64,000 nt of DNA from Octopus vulgaris (lineage: Eukaryota). The notes below the pieces were generated by a model, which made no database searches, was not told the DNA's origin, and worked only from the letters and a program-made list of their open reading frames with translations. The translations under genes and the position numbers were made by a program. This document shows positions 1 through 13,182 of the stretch, piece after piece (the first letter of the stretch is position 1; the number at the start of each line of letters is the position of its first letter). The stretch is taken from NCBI GenBank assembly GCA_951406725.2, contig OX597838.1:29760001-29824000 (forward strand), written 5' to 3'.

Positions 1-148
1 GTTAGGAAGGGCATCCAGCTGTAGAAACACTGCCAGATCAAGATTGGAGCCCGGTGCAGACTCCTGGCTTCCCAGACCCTGGTCGAACTGTCCAACCCAT
101 GCTAGCACGGAAAACGGACGTTAAACGATGATTATGATGATGATGATG
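1..148 (+). mobile_element. RTE-type LINE 3' UTR fragment (family C) with (GAT)n tail
   Basis: gttaggaagggcatccagc...aacccatgctagca..gaaaacggacgttaaacgatgat. The same sequence follows the RTE ORF end at 27568-28302. Confidence 0.8.
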
Positions 149-874
149 AATAATCCTTTGTACTAAAGACACAAGATATGAAATTTTAGGGGAGGGAGCT
201 GGCCAGTTATATCAACACCCGGTGCTCAACTGGTGGCCCTGAAAGGATGAGAGGCCAAGTCAACCGTGACAGAATTTAAACTCAGAACTAAAGAGGGACG
301 AAATGATGGTAAGAATTCTGCTTGGCATGCTAACGATTCTGCCAGCTCACTGCCTTCAGTAATAACGATAATGCTTCAAATTTTGACACAAGGCTAGTGA
401 TTTGGAAAAGTACCCAATTACATCAACCCCCCAGTAGTTGATAGGTACTTAACTGACCCAGGAAGGATGAAAGGTGAAGTTGATTCTGGTGGGATTTGAG
501 CTTTAAAAAAAAAAAAAAAAAAAAAAATGGTACTGCAGTGGATTTGTTCCACTAAAACTGTTTAATCATTTAGCATTTAAACTGACCACATCCAGCCCAA
601 ATATTCTGTTTTACGCTCAAACTGGCTAAAACTGACCTCTCACACCTGCACTGCAATGTCAGTCCAAATTTCAAAGCTACAAGATGGTGCAAGATTAATT
701 CAAAATGATGTGAGTAAATAAATATATTTGAAAAAGTAATCTGGACACTAAATAGTTAAGATGGTGCTCCAGTATGGCCACATACTGAAACAAGATAGAC
801 AGGGAAGAATTAGTACACACACACACACACTAATTCCTACATAATGTATTTAATTTTAAGCCACACTATGATTG

Positions 875-1078
875 TAAGATTGTGGTTTCGATTCCTGGAC
901 CGGGCGACGTATTGTGTTCTTGAGCAAAACACTTCATTTCATGTTGCTCCAGTCTACTCAGCTGGCAAAAATGAGTAATGCTGCTATGGACTGGCGTCCC
1001 ATCCGGCTGGGGAACATATACGCCATAGAAATCGGGAAACCGGGCCCATGAGCCTGGCTAGGCTTTAAAAAGGGCAGA
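875..1078 (+). mobile_element. tRNA-derived SINE fragment (B-box, CORE-like block, V-domain-like tail)
   Basis: B-box ggtttcgattcc, then ttcttgagcaaaacacttcattt, then atggactggcgtcccatcc...gaaaccgggcccatgagcc. Confidence 0.6.
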
Positions 1079-1129
1079 TTTATATTTTATTTATACTGAA
1101 ATTTACGTTATTTACTGTTGGTATACCAG

Positions 1130-1470
1130 AACATGACACCACATCATTAAGACTGTTGTTTAATTAAAGATACATTACATTGTTATTGTTATGATTGTCG
1201 TTTAATTTAAGAGACAGACTATTCAACATTATTATATCATTACCATTAGAAATAAGGTTTTAATTGAAAATACAGAATATAGACTATTACTACATCGTTA
1301 TGACTTGTTTAATTAAAGACACAGAATACACATTACATTGTTATCGTTATAAATGTTGTTTAATTAAAGATATGGAATACAAAACATTACATCATTATGA
1401 CTTAATTAAGGACATGGAATATGCAACATCACATCGTTAGGACTGTCGCTTGATTAAAAAATTACAGAAT
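1130..1470 (+). repeat. degenerate ~45-60 bp minisatellite
   Basis: recurring ttgtttaattaaaga(c/t)acagaata...cattacatcgttatgac units. Confidence 0.7.
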
Positions 1471-1577
1471 AAACAGATTTAAAGGTTAATCCAATGAATA
1501 CTAAGGCCATCAGAGAAATCTCAATGCAGACACTTAATCTGCTAGAAAAAGCAGCCATGTTCCAATCAAATCAAATC

Positions 1578-2250
1578 AAAGGCAGTGAGCTGGCGGAAAC
1601 GTTAGCACGCCGGGTGAAATGCTTAGCGGTATTTCATCTGCTGTTACGTTCTGAGTTCAAATTCCGCCGAGGTTGACGTAGAAAGACTGCCAGATCAGAT
1701 TGGAGCCTGGTGCAGCCGCTGGCTTCCCAGCCCTTGGCCAAACCGTCCAACCCATGCCAGCATGGAAAATGGACATTAAACAATGGTGATGATGATTGTA
1801 GGATAGGTATGAAAAGCATGATCTGGCCAGTTTGAGCATAACACAAAATATATTTTGGCTGGATAAGGCTGGTTTGAATGATAGAAGGTTAAGCAACGGC
1901 AGCGAGCTGGCAGAAACGTTAGCACGCCGGGCGAAATGACTAGCTCAAATTCCGCTGAGGTCGACTTTGCCTTTCATCCTTTCGGGGGTCGATAAATTAA
2001 GTACCAGTTACACACTGGGGACGATGTAATCGACTTAATACCTATGTCTGTCTGTGTTTGTCCCCTCTATGTTTAGCCCCTTGTGGGTAGTAAAGAAATA
2101 GGTATTTTGTCTGCTGTTATGTTCTGAGTTCAAATTCCGCTGAGGTCGACTTTGCCTTTCATCCTTTCGGGGTCGATAAATTAAGTACCAGTTACGCACT
2201 GGGGACGATGTAATCGACTTAATACCTATGTCTGACTGTGTTTGTCCCTT
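1578..2250 (+). mobile_element. cluster of family B SINEs (Meta/MESC-like core), with a family C insertion and a tandem 3' duplication
   Basis: ggcagcgagctggcagaaacgttagcacg head. Core gaggtcgactttgcctttcatcctttcggggtcgataaattaagtaccag occurs at ~1960 and ~2143. Family C piece at 1676-1797. Confidence 0.8.
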
Positions 2251-3051
2251 CTCCACTGCCACACTCAACAGGATCTATGACAAGATGGTTAATGCAGTTA
2301 AATGGTTAATATGGTTAATAAGGTTATGCAATTATTAAAAATGGTTAACTTACAGGATAAATATTGAGGTTCACTTTTGATGGCTGAAACATCTTCAAAC
2401 GATGTGGAGAACCTGTACAACAATAAATAAATACAGAAATCCAATTAAAAAATATTCATTATATCAACTATTTTTTATAAAAAAATGAGTAAATATTTAA
2501 CCCTTTTGATAGTAATTCACTTCACATTGGTCCTAAAATTTTTTTTTAAATCCCTGTTTTAAAGTGATGTTACTTAAAACCTTTCTTCAAAATTTTATGT
2601 CATGTCCCAAACACCAGATTAATAACCGATACAGGTATTTTACTGAAACAGTCATTATTTTCTAAAATTAATTGAACCAAATACACAGTTTTTTTCAACA
2701 GAAATATGGTAAGAAAAGGGTTCACACTTTTGATAGCACCCTGTTTGAAGGGATCTAAATTCAAACCTTTCATGAAAATTTCATGTTATGTTCCAAACAC
2801 CAGCTTAATAACGACAAAGTTATTTCATTAAATTCTTCTTCATCATCATAATTTAAAGCCCGTTTTCCATGCTAGTATGTGTTTGAGGGTTTGACAGGTT
2901 TTGGGTGGCAAGGCCAGGAGCTGCACCAAGTACCATTTGCAGCTGTCATGTAATCTCAAGATAACGAGGCAGAATTGTGCACAAACACACATTATATATA
3001 TGTACACACACACAGACATTATATATATGTACACACACACACACAGACATT

Positions 3052-3092
<41 letters not shown>

Positions 3093-3093
<1 letters not shown>

Positions 3094-3295
3094 CCTCGTC
3101 TGGCACCTGTGTCGGTGGCACGTAAAAACACCCACTACACTCACGGAGTGGTTGGCGTTAGGAAGGGCATCCAGCCGTAAAAACACTGCCAGATCAGACT
3201 GGGCCTGGTGCAGCCTTCGGGCTTCCCAGACCCCAGTTGAACCGTCCAACCCATGCTAGCATGGAAAGCAGACGTTAAGCAATGATGATGATGAT
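3093..3295 (+). mobile_element. RTE LINE 3' UTR fragment (family C)
   Basis: gtggcacgtaaaaacacccactacactc...ggacgttaagcaatgatgatg-type 3' end. Confidence 0.8.
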
Positions 3296-3524
3296 GTACA
3301 CACACACAGACATTATATATATGTACACACACACACGCATACATACATGTGTGCACACACAATGGGCTTCGTTTAGTTTCCATCAACCAAATCCATTTCA
3401 AAGACTTCGGTAGGTTAAGGGCTTATAGTAAGTAGACAACTACAACCCAAATTGTCATCGCAGGACTGAACCTGAAGCCACAAGATTAGGAGGGAAACTT
3501 CTTAACCACACAGCCATCTTTCTC

Positions 3525-3850
3525 GCGTGGCTGTGTGGTAAGAAGCTTGCTTCCCAACCACATGATTCTGGGTTCAATCCCACTGCATGGCACGTTGGGC
3601 AAGTGTCTTCTACTATAAATCTGGGCTGACCAAAGCCTTGTGAGTGGATTTGGTAGATGGAAACTGAAAGAAGCCTGTCATGTGTGTGTGTGTGTGTGTC
3701 TGTCTGTCTGTCCCCAACCACTGCTTGACAGCTGGTGTTGGTGTGTTCGTGTCTCTGTAACTTACTGATTCGGCAAAAAAAAAAAAAAAAAAATAATGCA
3801 AGGGGGTGCTCCAGCATGGCCGCAGTCTAATGACTGAAACAAGTAAAAGA
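3525..3850 (+). mobile_element. tRNA-derived SINE family A (octopus OK/OR-type)
   Basis: A-box-like tggctgtgtggt, B-box gggttcaatccc, internal (TG)n, tail ccagcatggccgcagtc..tgactgaaacaagtaaaaga. Confidence 0.8.
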
Positions 3851-4225
3851 ATCTATCTACCGCACACACACACACACACACATGCTATGGTGAGAGAAGA
3901 AAATGTTATGAAGCTAGGTCAGACCATAATTTCGTTGGTCAGAGAAAATTTTGCTGTCAAAAATGTTACACAGTGGGGGGGGGGGGGGTTTAAAAAAAGA
4001 GAAAAAAAGTTAAAAACGAAACATAGATCAGTTTGTGAAAGTATTGAGAGAGGTGGGGAGATGGGGAAGAGGGGGGAGAAAGAGAAGGTGAGAGAGATGG
4101 AAAGAAGGGGAGTGGGGGAGATAGAGTGAGGAGAGACAGAGAGAGGGGAGAAAGAAATGGAGTGAGAGGGAACACAAGACAAGGAAAGAAGTGACAGAAA
4201 ACGAAAGGGAAAGAATTAAATGTCC

Positions 4226-4281
<56 letters not shown>

Positions 4282-4664
4282 GAGAGAGAGAAAAAAAAGG
4301 AAGAAAGAGAAATGCATTTTGCATAGCTACCATCATCACCAGAAAAAAAATTTCTAAATGAAATCATTCTAATGGGGGAGAGAAAAAGAGAGGGAGATAA
4401 AGAGTGACAGACAAGCAGAGAGAGAGAGAGAGAGAGAGAGAGGCACAGAAAGAGGCAGAGAGAGAGAGAGAGATGAGTGTTCATGTTGATTTAATGTAAC
4501 AACTGTCTCCCTCCACAGGCTCCCTTCTGTCTTAATTAGATATGTGGGTCATACACAACCACCCAACCAGTCAACCAATCATCAGGGTCACTGTTGCTTG
4601 ACTTGCTAAATATAATAGCTGAAGTCGTCCTCAACAACATCACATCCTAAATATCATCATAATC

Positions 4665-5620
4665 ATCATCATCATTTAACGTCTGCTTTCCACGCTGTCA
4701 TGGGCCAGACGGTTTGACATGGAGCTGACAGAGCTGGGAGCCAACTCCAATTGTCTTCTGTGGCATGGTTCCTATGGCTGGGCGCCCTTCCTAACACCAA
4801 TCACTTTATAGAGTGGCTGGTAAGCAAGCTACTTACCACACAGCCACTCCTAATATCCACCAGCACCACCATTACTCTTGCAGCCTGTACTACCAGCATC
4901 TCCACTCTAGCTTTACTCCACACCACCTTGACCATTATCATCAACACCACTTTCACCACAACCATTACCATCAACACCATCACTGCCTCACTACACCATC
5001 AACACCACCATCATTACCCCACTACACCACCACCACCACCACCATTACCATCAATACCACCAACACCATGTGCTGGATGCTTTTTACGTGCCTCTACCAC
5101 GGGTGCATTCATGCAGCACCAGCAGGTCCTTTTTTTGTGGACGACATCGACTTTACTTAGCTTGACATGTCTGATCAAGTACAGCAAACCACATCTCCCA
5201 GTCCTTTGTCATTTCCTCAGTGAGGCCCAACATCTGAAGATCCTTTCTAATCACTTGGTCCCATGTCTTCCTGGGTCTATCCCTTCCACAGGTATCCTCG
5301 ACAATTTGAACTCAGAACGTAGCGGCAGATGAAATACCGCTAAGCATTTCGCCCAACGTTAGCACACCAGGCAGAATGCTTAGCGGTATTTCGTCTGCCA
5401 CTACATTCTGCTTTCAAATTCCGCCGAGGTTGACTTTGCCTTTCATCCTTTTGGGGTCAATTAAATAAGTACCAGTTGTGCACTGGGGTTGATATAATCA
5501 ACTTAATCCATTTGTCCTTGTTTGTCCTCTCTGTATTTAGCCCTTTGTGAGTAGTAAAGAAATAGGTATCCTCCACAATCAGACCTAACGCAGCTCTCAT
5601 CTACAAGCATCACATGACCA
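4665..5620 (-). mobile_element. degenerate RTE LINE 3' end interrupted by a (CAC)-rich tract and a family B SINE
   Basis: Minus strand reads WDQVIRKDLQMLGLTEEMTKD..., matching the RTE C-terminus at 28086-28302. The 3' UTR and (CAT)n tail lie at 4665-4810. Confidence 0.7.
5300..5567 (+). mobile_element. family B SINE with inverted 5' copy; TSD aggtatcctc
   Basis: 5303-5352 is the reverse complement of ~5374-5420. aggtatcctc occurs at 5290-5299 and 5564-5573. Confidence 0.75.
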
Positions 5621-5994
5621 AAATATAAATACCTCAAGCAAGTGTTCTACATGTTTAAATACATACATATAGATTAGGGTGGGAGACGACTTAGGAAAAA
5701 TTCAACTGACTGAGATTATCTCTGTTATTAGTAGATAAACATTCCCTTTAAAAATGCTTAAAATTAAAAAATGACAATTAGAAGATAACTCCACTAAGCT
5801 CAGACGACTGAAATTTTTGCGAAGTTGAATGCATGTTTTGTTTTTTTTACCTTCTCTCATTTCCCTTATTATGGCTGCAAATATGGCCATGCTGGGATAT
5901 TCCCTTCAAGGGTGTTAGATGATTGTCCCAATCTTTACTCAGTACTTATTTTATTGATCTTTAACTTCTGAATCACTAAGTTTATGATTCAGAC

Positions 5995-6300
5995 CAGTGG
6001 TTCTCAACGAGGGTTCCTTAAATCCTTAAAAATGTTTTAGCCCGAAGGCTGTGGCCATGCTGGGGCACTACCGCTGGTTCATTTAAGATTTTGTTAAAAT
6101 TAATCTGCAATAAACTGGTTTTATTTCTACAACACACAAAATATTTTCACAATTTTTTTTTTATAAAATTCCTAACGATATTTAATCATAAAAATACAAT
6201 TAGAGATGTTGGACATCAAATGGCTATGAGGGTTCCCCAACCCCTTGAGTAAAATAGGAACCAGAAGGGTCCATGAGTAAAAAATGATTGAGAGCCACTG
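5995..6300. mobile_element. hAT (Charlie-like) MITE
   Basis: TIRs cagtggttctcaa / ttgagagccactg; imperfect 8-bp TSD attcagac / gtttagac. Confidence 0.7.
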
Positions 6301-6736
6301 GTTTAGACATTCAGAAACAGCTTGGCACCAGTAAGACAAATATATACATAAATTTTGAGGGGCTTCTTTACAGTTTCCACCAAGAGATGCCACCTCAAGA
6401 GCCACATGGCATCCGTCTTGCAAATCACACAGCAATATTTATATTTGTTTTGTTTGTTTGTTTTTAAAACAATGACAAAAAGCGATATCACATTTGGCTA
6501 TCTGATATATTATCAACTTCACACATTGCATTGTCAAGGAAGGAGTGTAAGAAACAGGAGGAGGGGGAGGAGAGATTCCCCAAGCACAAACATGGCTGTG
6601 TGGTTAATAAGTCTGTTTCACAACCACAAGGTTTTGAGTTCAGTCCTACTGCATGGCATGTTGGGCAAGTATCTTCTATAGCCTCAAGTGAACCAATGCT
6701 TTGTAAATGACTTCAGTAGAAACTCTAAAAACCAAT

Positions 6737-6816
6737 CATATATATATATATATATATACACATATATGTGTATATATATATATATATGTGTGTATGTATA
6801 TATGTGTATATATATA

Positions 6817-6905
<89 letters not shown>

Positions 6906-6962
6906 GTGTGTGTGTGTATATATATGTGTGTGTGTGTATATATATATGTGTGTGTGTGTGTG

Positions 6963-7015
<53 letters not shown>

Positions 7016-7142
7016 GTGTGTGTGTGTATATATATGTGTATGTGTGTGTGTATATATGTGTGTGTATATATGTGTGTGTATATATATGTGTATGTGTGTA
7101 TATATGTATGTGTGTGTATATATATGTGTATGTGTGTATATA

Positions 7143-7175
<33 letters not shown>

Positions 7176-7348
7176 ATATATATGTGTGTATATATATATA
7201 TATGTATATATATGTATATTTATATATGTATATATATATATGTATATATATGTATATATATATATGTATATATGTATATATGTATATGTATATATATATG
7301 TATATATGTATATATATATATGTATATATATATGTATATATATATATG

Positions 7349-7379
<31 letters not shown>

Positions 7380-7402
7380 GTATTTATATACATATATATA
7401 TG
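6737..7402. repeat. compound (TA)n/(TG)n microsatellite
   Basis: ~660 bp of alternating TA/TG. Confidence 0.95.
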
Positions 7403-7407
7403 TCAGT

Positions 7408-7605
7408 TTAAATACACAACCGAAAGAGCTACTAAGAATAGTTTCATACTATTATTATACTTCAAGTAGACATATTCCTGAAATCCGCCATCTATTTTAA
7501 AGCCTGAGCGATTGCTTCAAGATACTTGGCATATTTCATAAATATGCCTGGTCAAGTATCATAAAAGTCTGAAACTATTAGTAGCTCTTTCGGTTGTGTA
7601 TTTAA
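7408..7605 (+). mobile_element. Penelope-like foldback fragment with hammerhead-like motif (7501-7586)
   Basis: Inverted arms 7408-7446 / 7570-7605. Motif: agc-CTGAGCGA-[long stem II gatacttg.gcatattt/aaatatgc.caagtatc]-GAAA-cta t tag-TA-gct. Confidence 0.55.
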
Positions 7606-7695
7606 TTTGATATTTATCTCTCTCACTGGATGGAGTACTTTTTTTTATTGACTCTACCACTACTAGAACTTTAAGCTATATATATATATATAAAA

Positions 7696-7815
7696 GAAAA
7701 TAAGACAAGGTAGAAAATGCTAAAATAATTTTATCATGTAGAACATTTTAGTACCGGTACTAAAATGTTCTTCATGATAACATTATTTTAGCATTTTCTA
7801 CCTTGTCTTATTTTC
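7696..7815. repeat. 120-bp zero-spacer palindrome centred on gtaccggtac
   Basis: arms complementary with 2 visible mismatches. Confidence 0.95.
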
Positions 7816-7851
7816 CTTATACATATCAACTCGTGTGTTACTTATCAACTT

Positions 7852-7887
<36 letters not shown>

Positions 7888-7889
7888 TT

Positions 7890-8079
7890 CCGTGCCGGTG
7901 GCACGTAAAAAGCACCCACTACACTCACGGAGTGGTTGGCGTTAGGAAGGGCATCCAGCCATAGAAACATTGCCAGATCAGACTGGGCCTGGTGCAGCCT
8001 TCTTGTTTCCCAGACCACAGTTGAACCGTCCAACCCATGCCAGCATGGAAAGCGGACGCTAAACGATGATGATGATGAT
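7890..8079 (+). mobile_element. RTE LINE 3' UTR fragment (family C)
   Basis: same sequence as 3093-3295, (GAT)n tail. Confidence 0.8.
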
Positions 8080-8369
8080 GTATATATATATATACATACA
8101 TACAAATTAGAGAAGAACCACCATGTAGCAGTTCAACAATGATATAATTAAATCATATATATATATATATAAAATCATTAAGCATCCATTTTCCATGCTG
8201 GCATGGGTCAGGCATTTTGACTGGAACTGCCAAGTCGGAGAGCTGCACCGGGTACCAATCTGATTTAGTATGGTTTCTACAGATGGATGCTCTTCCTAAC
8301 ACCAACCACTCCAAAAGTGCAGTGGGTGCTTTTTACATGTCACCATCAAGGGTGCCTTAGGAGTGGCCA

Positions 8370-8731
8370 GGCACAGGAGTGGCTGAGTGGTAAGTAGCTT
8401 GCTTCCCAAACACATGGTTCCTGGTTCAGTCCTACTGCATGACACTTTGGGTAGGTGTCTTCTAATATAACCTTCAGCTGACCAAAGCCTTATGAGTGGA
8501 GATGATAGATGGAAACTGAAAGAAGCTTATATATGTGTTTGTATGTCTGCCCCCCACCATTGCTTGACAACAGACATTGGTGTGTTTACATCCCTGTAAC
8601 TTAGTAATTCCACGCAAGAGACCAATAGAATAAGTACTAGGCTTACAAAGAATAAGTCCTGGGGTCGATTTGTTCAACTAAAGGCAGTGCACTAGCATGG
8701 CCGCAGTCAAATGACAGAAACAAGTAAAAGA
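8370..8731 (+). mobile_element. SINE family A
   Basis: gcacaggagtggctgagtggtaagtagc head and conserved tail. Confidence 0.8.
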
Positions 8732-8948
8732 ATAAATAATATATATATATATATATATAAACACATAAAAAGCACCCACTACACTCTCGGAGTGGTTGGC
8801 ATTAGGAAGGGTATCAAGCCATAGAAACCATACCAAATCAGATTGGAACCTGGTGCAGTCACCCTCCCCCACTCCACCTCAGCTTACCAGTTTTCAATCG
8901 AACTATCCAACCCATGTCAGCATGGAAAGCAGACATTAAATGATGATG

Positions 8949-9270
<322 letters not shown>

Positions 9271-10508
9271 GAATGTATATGTAATTGTGTGCATGTGTGT
9301 GGCCACACCTATGCCTGTCCCCTACAACTGCTTGACAGCAAGTGTTGGTTCATTTACATCCTCACACCTTAGCAAGTTGAGTGAAAGAAATCAATCGACT
9401 TCGCACAAGGATTAAAAAAAAACAAAAACAAATTAAGTACTGGCATCAACCGGTTTGACTAAAATCTCTCCGGGGCAGTGCCCCAGCATGGCCACAGTGG
9501 ACGGCAGACAAAGGACGGCTTATCGCAGAGCCGGACAGAAAGAAAGCCTTTCTGTATCTTCCCCGTCAATAATAAATATTCTTCATGCCGCCCCGGAATT
9601 GTGCATGCGCATAATGGGTGCACTGTTATGGACGCATACAGCTAAGTGCTGTAACATGACCTTACAGTAAAACATCGGGCCCCCCACCACCACCACCACC
9701 ACCACTGCCAACTACCACCCACACATGAAATAAAGATAAACTTGCTACTGGCTCAATAAGGCCGAGAGAGAGAAGGGGGGAGAGGGGGAGGAGGGGAGAG
9801 GGTTAGGAGGGGAGAAAGCTGCTCATCCGATAGGATTACACGACATAAAATGTTAATAGAACAGTAAATGTCACGACAACAACGAAAACAACAATACCTA
9901 GCAGATGGGGTGGGTGGGGGTGTGAGGGGAGGGGTGGATACAGTGCGGTCATTATCAGCTAGAAATAGCAGCCATATCCATCCGTCCTTCGGATCATGTA
10001 CCTTTCAGGCTCAGAAAGAAACGAAGGTTACATCGGATAACGGTGGTCGTGGTCGTGGTCCTGGTCCCGGTCCTAGAGTGGGGATGGTCATGACTGAGAT
10101 GCCTTTGATCATATAGGTTTTGCTCAGTTGTGAAATGGCAATAACTTACATCTCCCACACACCCACCCATCCACACAATCCCTAACCCTCTCATACAGCT
10201 ATGCCAAGGGTTTCTCAAGAACAAGAGAAATGCTGAAAAGGCCACTAAAAAAAGGCTCCATTGAGAACTTGTGCCATTTGTGTGTGTGTGTGTGTGTGTG
10301 GGACATTCTGTAATTGAATATATTCAATAATTACGGACAATCGAACGACAGTTGGTTGGCTTCTTTAATTATTTTTCCTTTGTAGATCCCGCATTATCAA
10401 CTTACTGATCACACACACACACAGATATATAATATATGCATATATACATATACATGTAAATATACACATATGTGTGTGTATTTATATATACATAAATGTG
10501 TATAAGTA

Positions 10509-10543
<35 letters not shown>

Positions 10544-10556
10544 TGTCTTGTTAGTC

Positions 10557-11063
10557 CATGTATCATGCATCAAAATGAAGCTGGTCCTCCGTGGATCACA
10601 TCCCTACTTCTCAACATAGTCACCGTTTCTCTCAATAGCAATGTGCCACCTTCGAATGAGAGCATGTTTCCCTGCCCCGTAAAATTCTGCTGACTGTTCT
10701 TTGAGCCACTTCTTTACTACAGTTTTCACTTCCTCGTCACTGGAATAATGCTTGCCTCTCAAACACTCTTTCATGGGGCCGAAGAGATGATAGTCTGAAG
10801 GCACTAAATTATTCCAGTGATGAGGAAGTGAAAACTGTAGTGAAGAAGTGGCTCAAAGAACTGTCAACAGAATTTTACGGGACAGGGATACATGCTCTCA
10901 TTCGAAGGTGAAACATTGCTATTGAGAGAAACAGTGACTATGTTGAGAAGTAGGGATGTGATCCACAGAGGACCAGCTTCATTTTGATGCATGATACATG
11001 TTCCTGTGTTGGTAATTATACCTGTCCTAAACAAAATGGCATTACTTTTTGACTCACCCTCAT
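10557..11063. mobile_element. mariner transposon 3' end duplicated in inverted orientation
   Basis: ORF 10604-10804(-) PSDYHLFGPMKECLRGKHYSSDEEVK...RNGDYVEK is a mariner (DLAPSDYHLF) C-terminus. Mirrored copy at 10810-11001. 3' end ttactttttgactcaccctc+ata. Confidence 0.9.
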
Positions 11064-11929
11064 ACTTCCAGCTCTAGGAAGATTGATCCATACAAGAAGA
11101 CTAAACTGACCCTTTATCTTGGGTCAGTGCTTATTTGGGGGTCATGCCCCGTCACCGTTTCTACAGACATGTGATGCCAGATCCCTCTGAGTTTCCAAAC
11201 ACTGAGACCAAGCCACCCTGACGTGAGGATAGCACATCAATCCCAATTTCTACATCTTCCACCAGTTTCAGAATTTCGGCTATGTGCCTTAGGTGCTACA
11301 CTTCCTCTTTGAAATGCCCCAGCATGGCCACAGCTTTAGAGCAGGAACACACAAAAGAATATAAAAAAGATAAGACACTATTAAATGGAAAAATTGTCTA
11401 AACTCCAACCTTATCTATTTTCTTATGGGAGTGCTCCAGCATGACCACAGACATCTCTACTAAAACTAAAAGCAACAGGCAAAGTTGTTAGCTCATGGCT
11501 CTGGTTTCAATCCTACCATGTGGCACCTGGGGCAAGTGTTTTCTACAATGGTCCTGGGGCGGACCCAATGCCTTGAGAGTGAATTAGGTCAATGGAAACT
11601 GTATGGAAGCCCATCTTGTGTATAAGTGTAAGTGCCTATTAGTGTTACTGCTTGGTAACTGGGTGTTTGTTAGTATTCGTTTCGGTAACTTAGTAGTTTG
11701 GCAAAAAAAAAAAAAAAAGAGAGACTGACACACAACTGCAAATAAATACTTGAGTCGAATGTTTCGACTAAAACTGTTCGAGGTGATGCCCCAGCATGGG
11801 CACAATCCGATGACTGAAACAAGTAAAAAAAAAAGAATAGATAAACAAATAAATAAATAAATAAAATTGTTATCAGTTCTGTATTGAATATTTGCACTAA
11901 AATTATTGATTTCTACTCAAATACTGCAT

Positions 11930-12320
11930 CTCTCTATCTACCATTCTTATCCTTACTTCTCTCTCTCTCTCTACCATTCTTATCGCTACTTCTCCTATGT
12001 CTCTTCTCTCTCTCTATCTATCTATCTCTCAATCTACCATTCCTATCCCTACTTCTCCTATCTCTCTCTCTCTCTCTATCTATCTACCATTCTTTCCTAT
12101 CGCTACTTCCCCTCTCTCTCTATCTATCTATCTACCATTCCTCTCCCTGCTTCTTCTCTCTCTCTATCTATCTATCTATCTACCATTCCTATCGCTACTT
12201 CCCCTTTCTCTCACTCTATCTATCTATCTATCTACCATTCCTATCCCTGCTTCTTCTCTCTCTCTCTCTCTCTCTCTCTATGTATCTACCATTCCTATCA
12301 CTACTTCTCCTGCTGTCTCT
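11930..12320. repeat. pyrimidine-rich ~35-50 bp minisatellite
   Basis: repeated ctctctatctatctaccattcctatc(c/g)ctacttctc. Confidence 0.85.
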
Positions 12321-12734
12321 CCCTCTCACCCCATTTCCTCTCTCTATCCTGTCTACCTACACCTACCCCTCCTACTCTTTGCTTACCAGTCTCTCTCCCA
12401 CCAAACGCATGCACTTCCACACATTACCATCTTCCAACCACCACCACCACCTCTACCCCCATCTCCCTCTGTATTTAATCATTACAAACAACAATGAACA
12501 ACAACAACAACACTAACACAACAGCCACGTTTACCAACCAGTAACACTAACACTGCACAAGCTAACAAGAAGCTTGTGCGATCGCTTGTCCTGGTAGAAA
12601 TAGCAGCCAAACCTCCCTCAAATCACACCCTCCCACCGTTAATAGAAAAAAAAAGAAAGAAAAACGAAAACAATGACAAAATAGAAGGCACAGTAGATAA
12701 TGTAGTCCTAGATAGGCTGTGCCTGAAAAAAAAA

Positions 12735-13182
12735 AACAGACAGGCTGGTCACATCTGGAATCATAATGTCTCTTTTGATCATAAGTTTGGTCTGCTTGAT
12801 CAAAATAGACCAAGGGTTAAACAACATCTATTTTTGATCTGAAGCACACATTATCTAACATTAACCTAGATAGACTATGAAGGAATAACAGACAGGCTGG
12901 TCATATCTGGATTCAGAATGTCTCTTCTGATCATAAGTCTGGTCTGCCTGATCAAAATAGACCAAGGGTTAAACAACAACATCTATTTTTGATCTGAAGC
13001 ACACATTATCTAACATAAACCTAGATATACTATGACATAATAACAGACAGGCTGGTCATATCTGGATTCAGAATGTCTCTTTTGATCATAAGTCTGGTCT
13101 GCCTGATCAAAATAGACCAAGGGTTAAACAACATCATCTATTTTTGTTCTGAAGCATACATATTATCCAATATAAATCTAGA
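12735..13182 (+). repeat. 3 tandem copies of a ~153-bp unit from an old dispersed repeat (family E)
   Basis: aacagacaggctggtca..ttgatcataagt..gatcaaaatagaccaagggttaaacaac at ~12735, ~12887 and ~13042. Confidence 0.9.

Noticed and set aside
1130-1470. Possible CRISPR-like array
   Set aside because: Degenerate AT-rich minisatellite without invariant repeats or unique spacers.
6688-7500. Long ORFs (up to 270 aa) of Y/I/C/V/M, and similar ones at 8843-9415 and 59877-62448
   Set aside because: Translations of TA/TG microsatellites, open in multiple frames.
9868-10116. 82-aa Gly/Pro-rich ORF
   Set aside because: Overlaps family E repeat motifs (ctagaaatagcagcc, ggatggtcatg..gcctttgatcat) and simple repeats.
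11157-11290. Short minus-strand open frame HIAEILKLVEDVEIGIDVLSS...
   Set aside because: No good acceptor and no recognisable homology.
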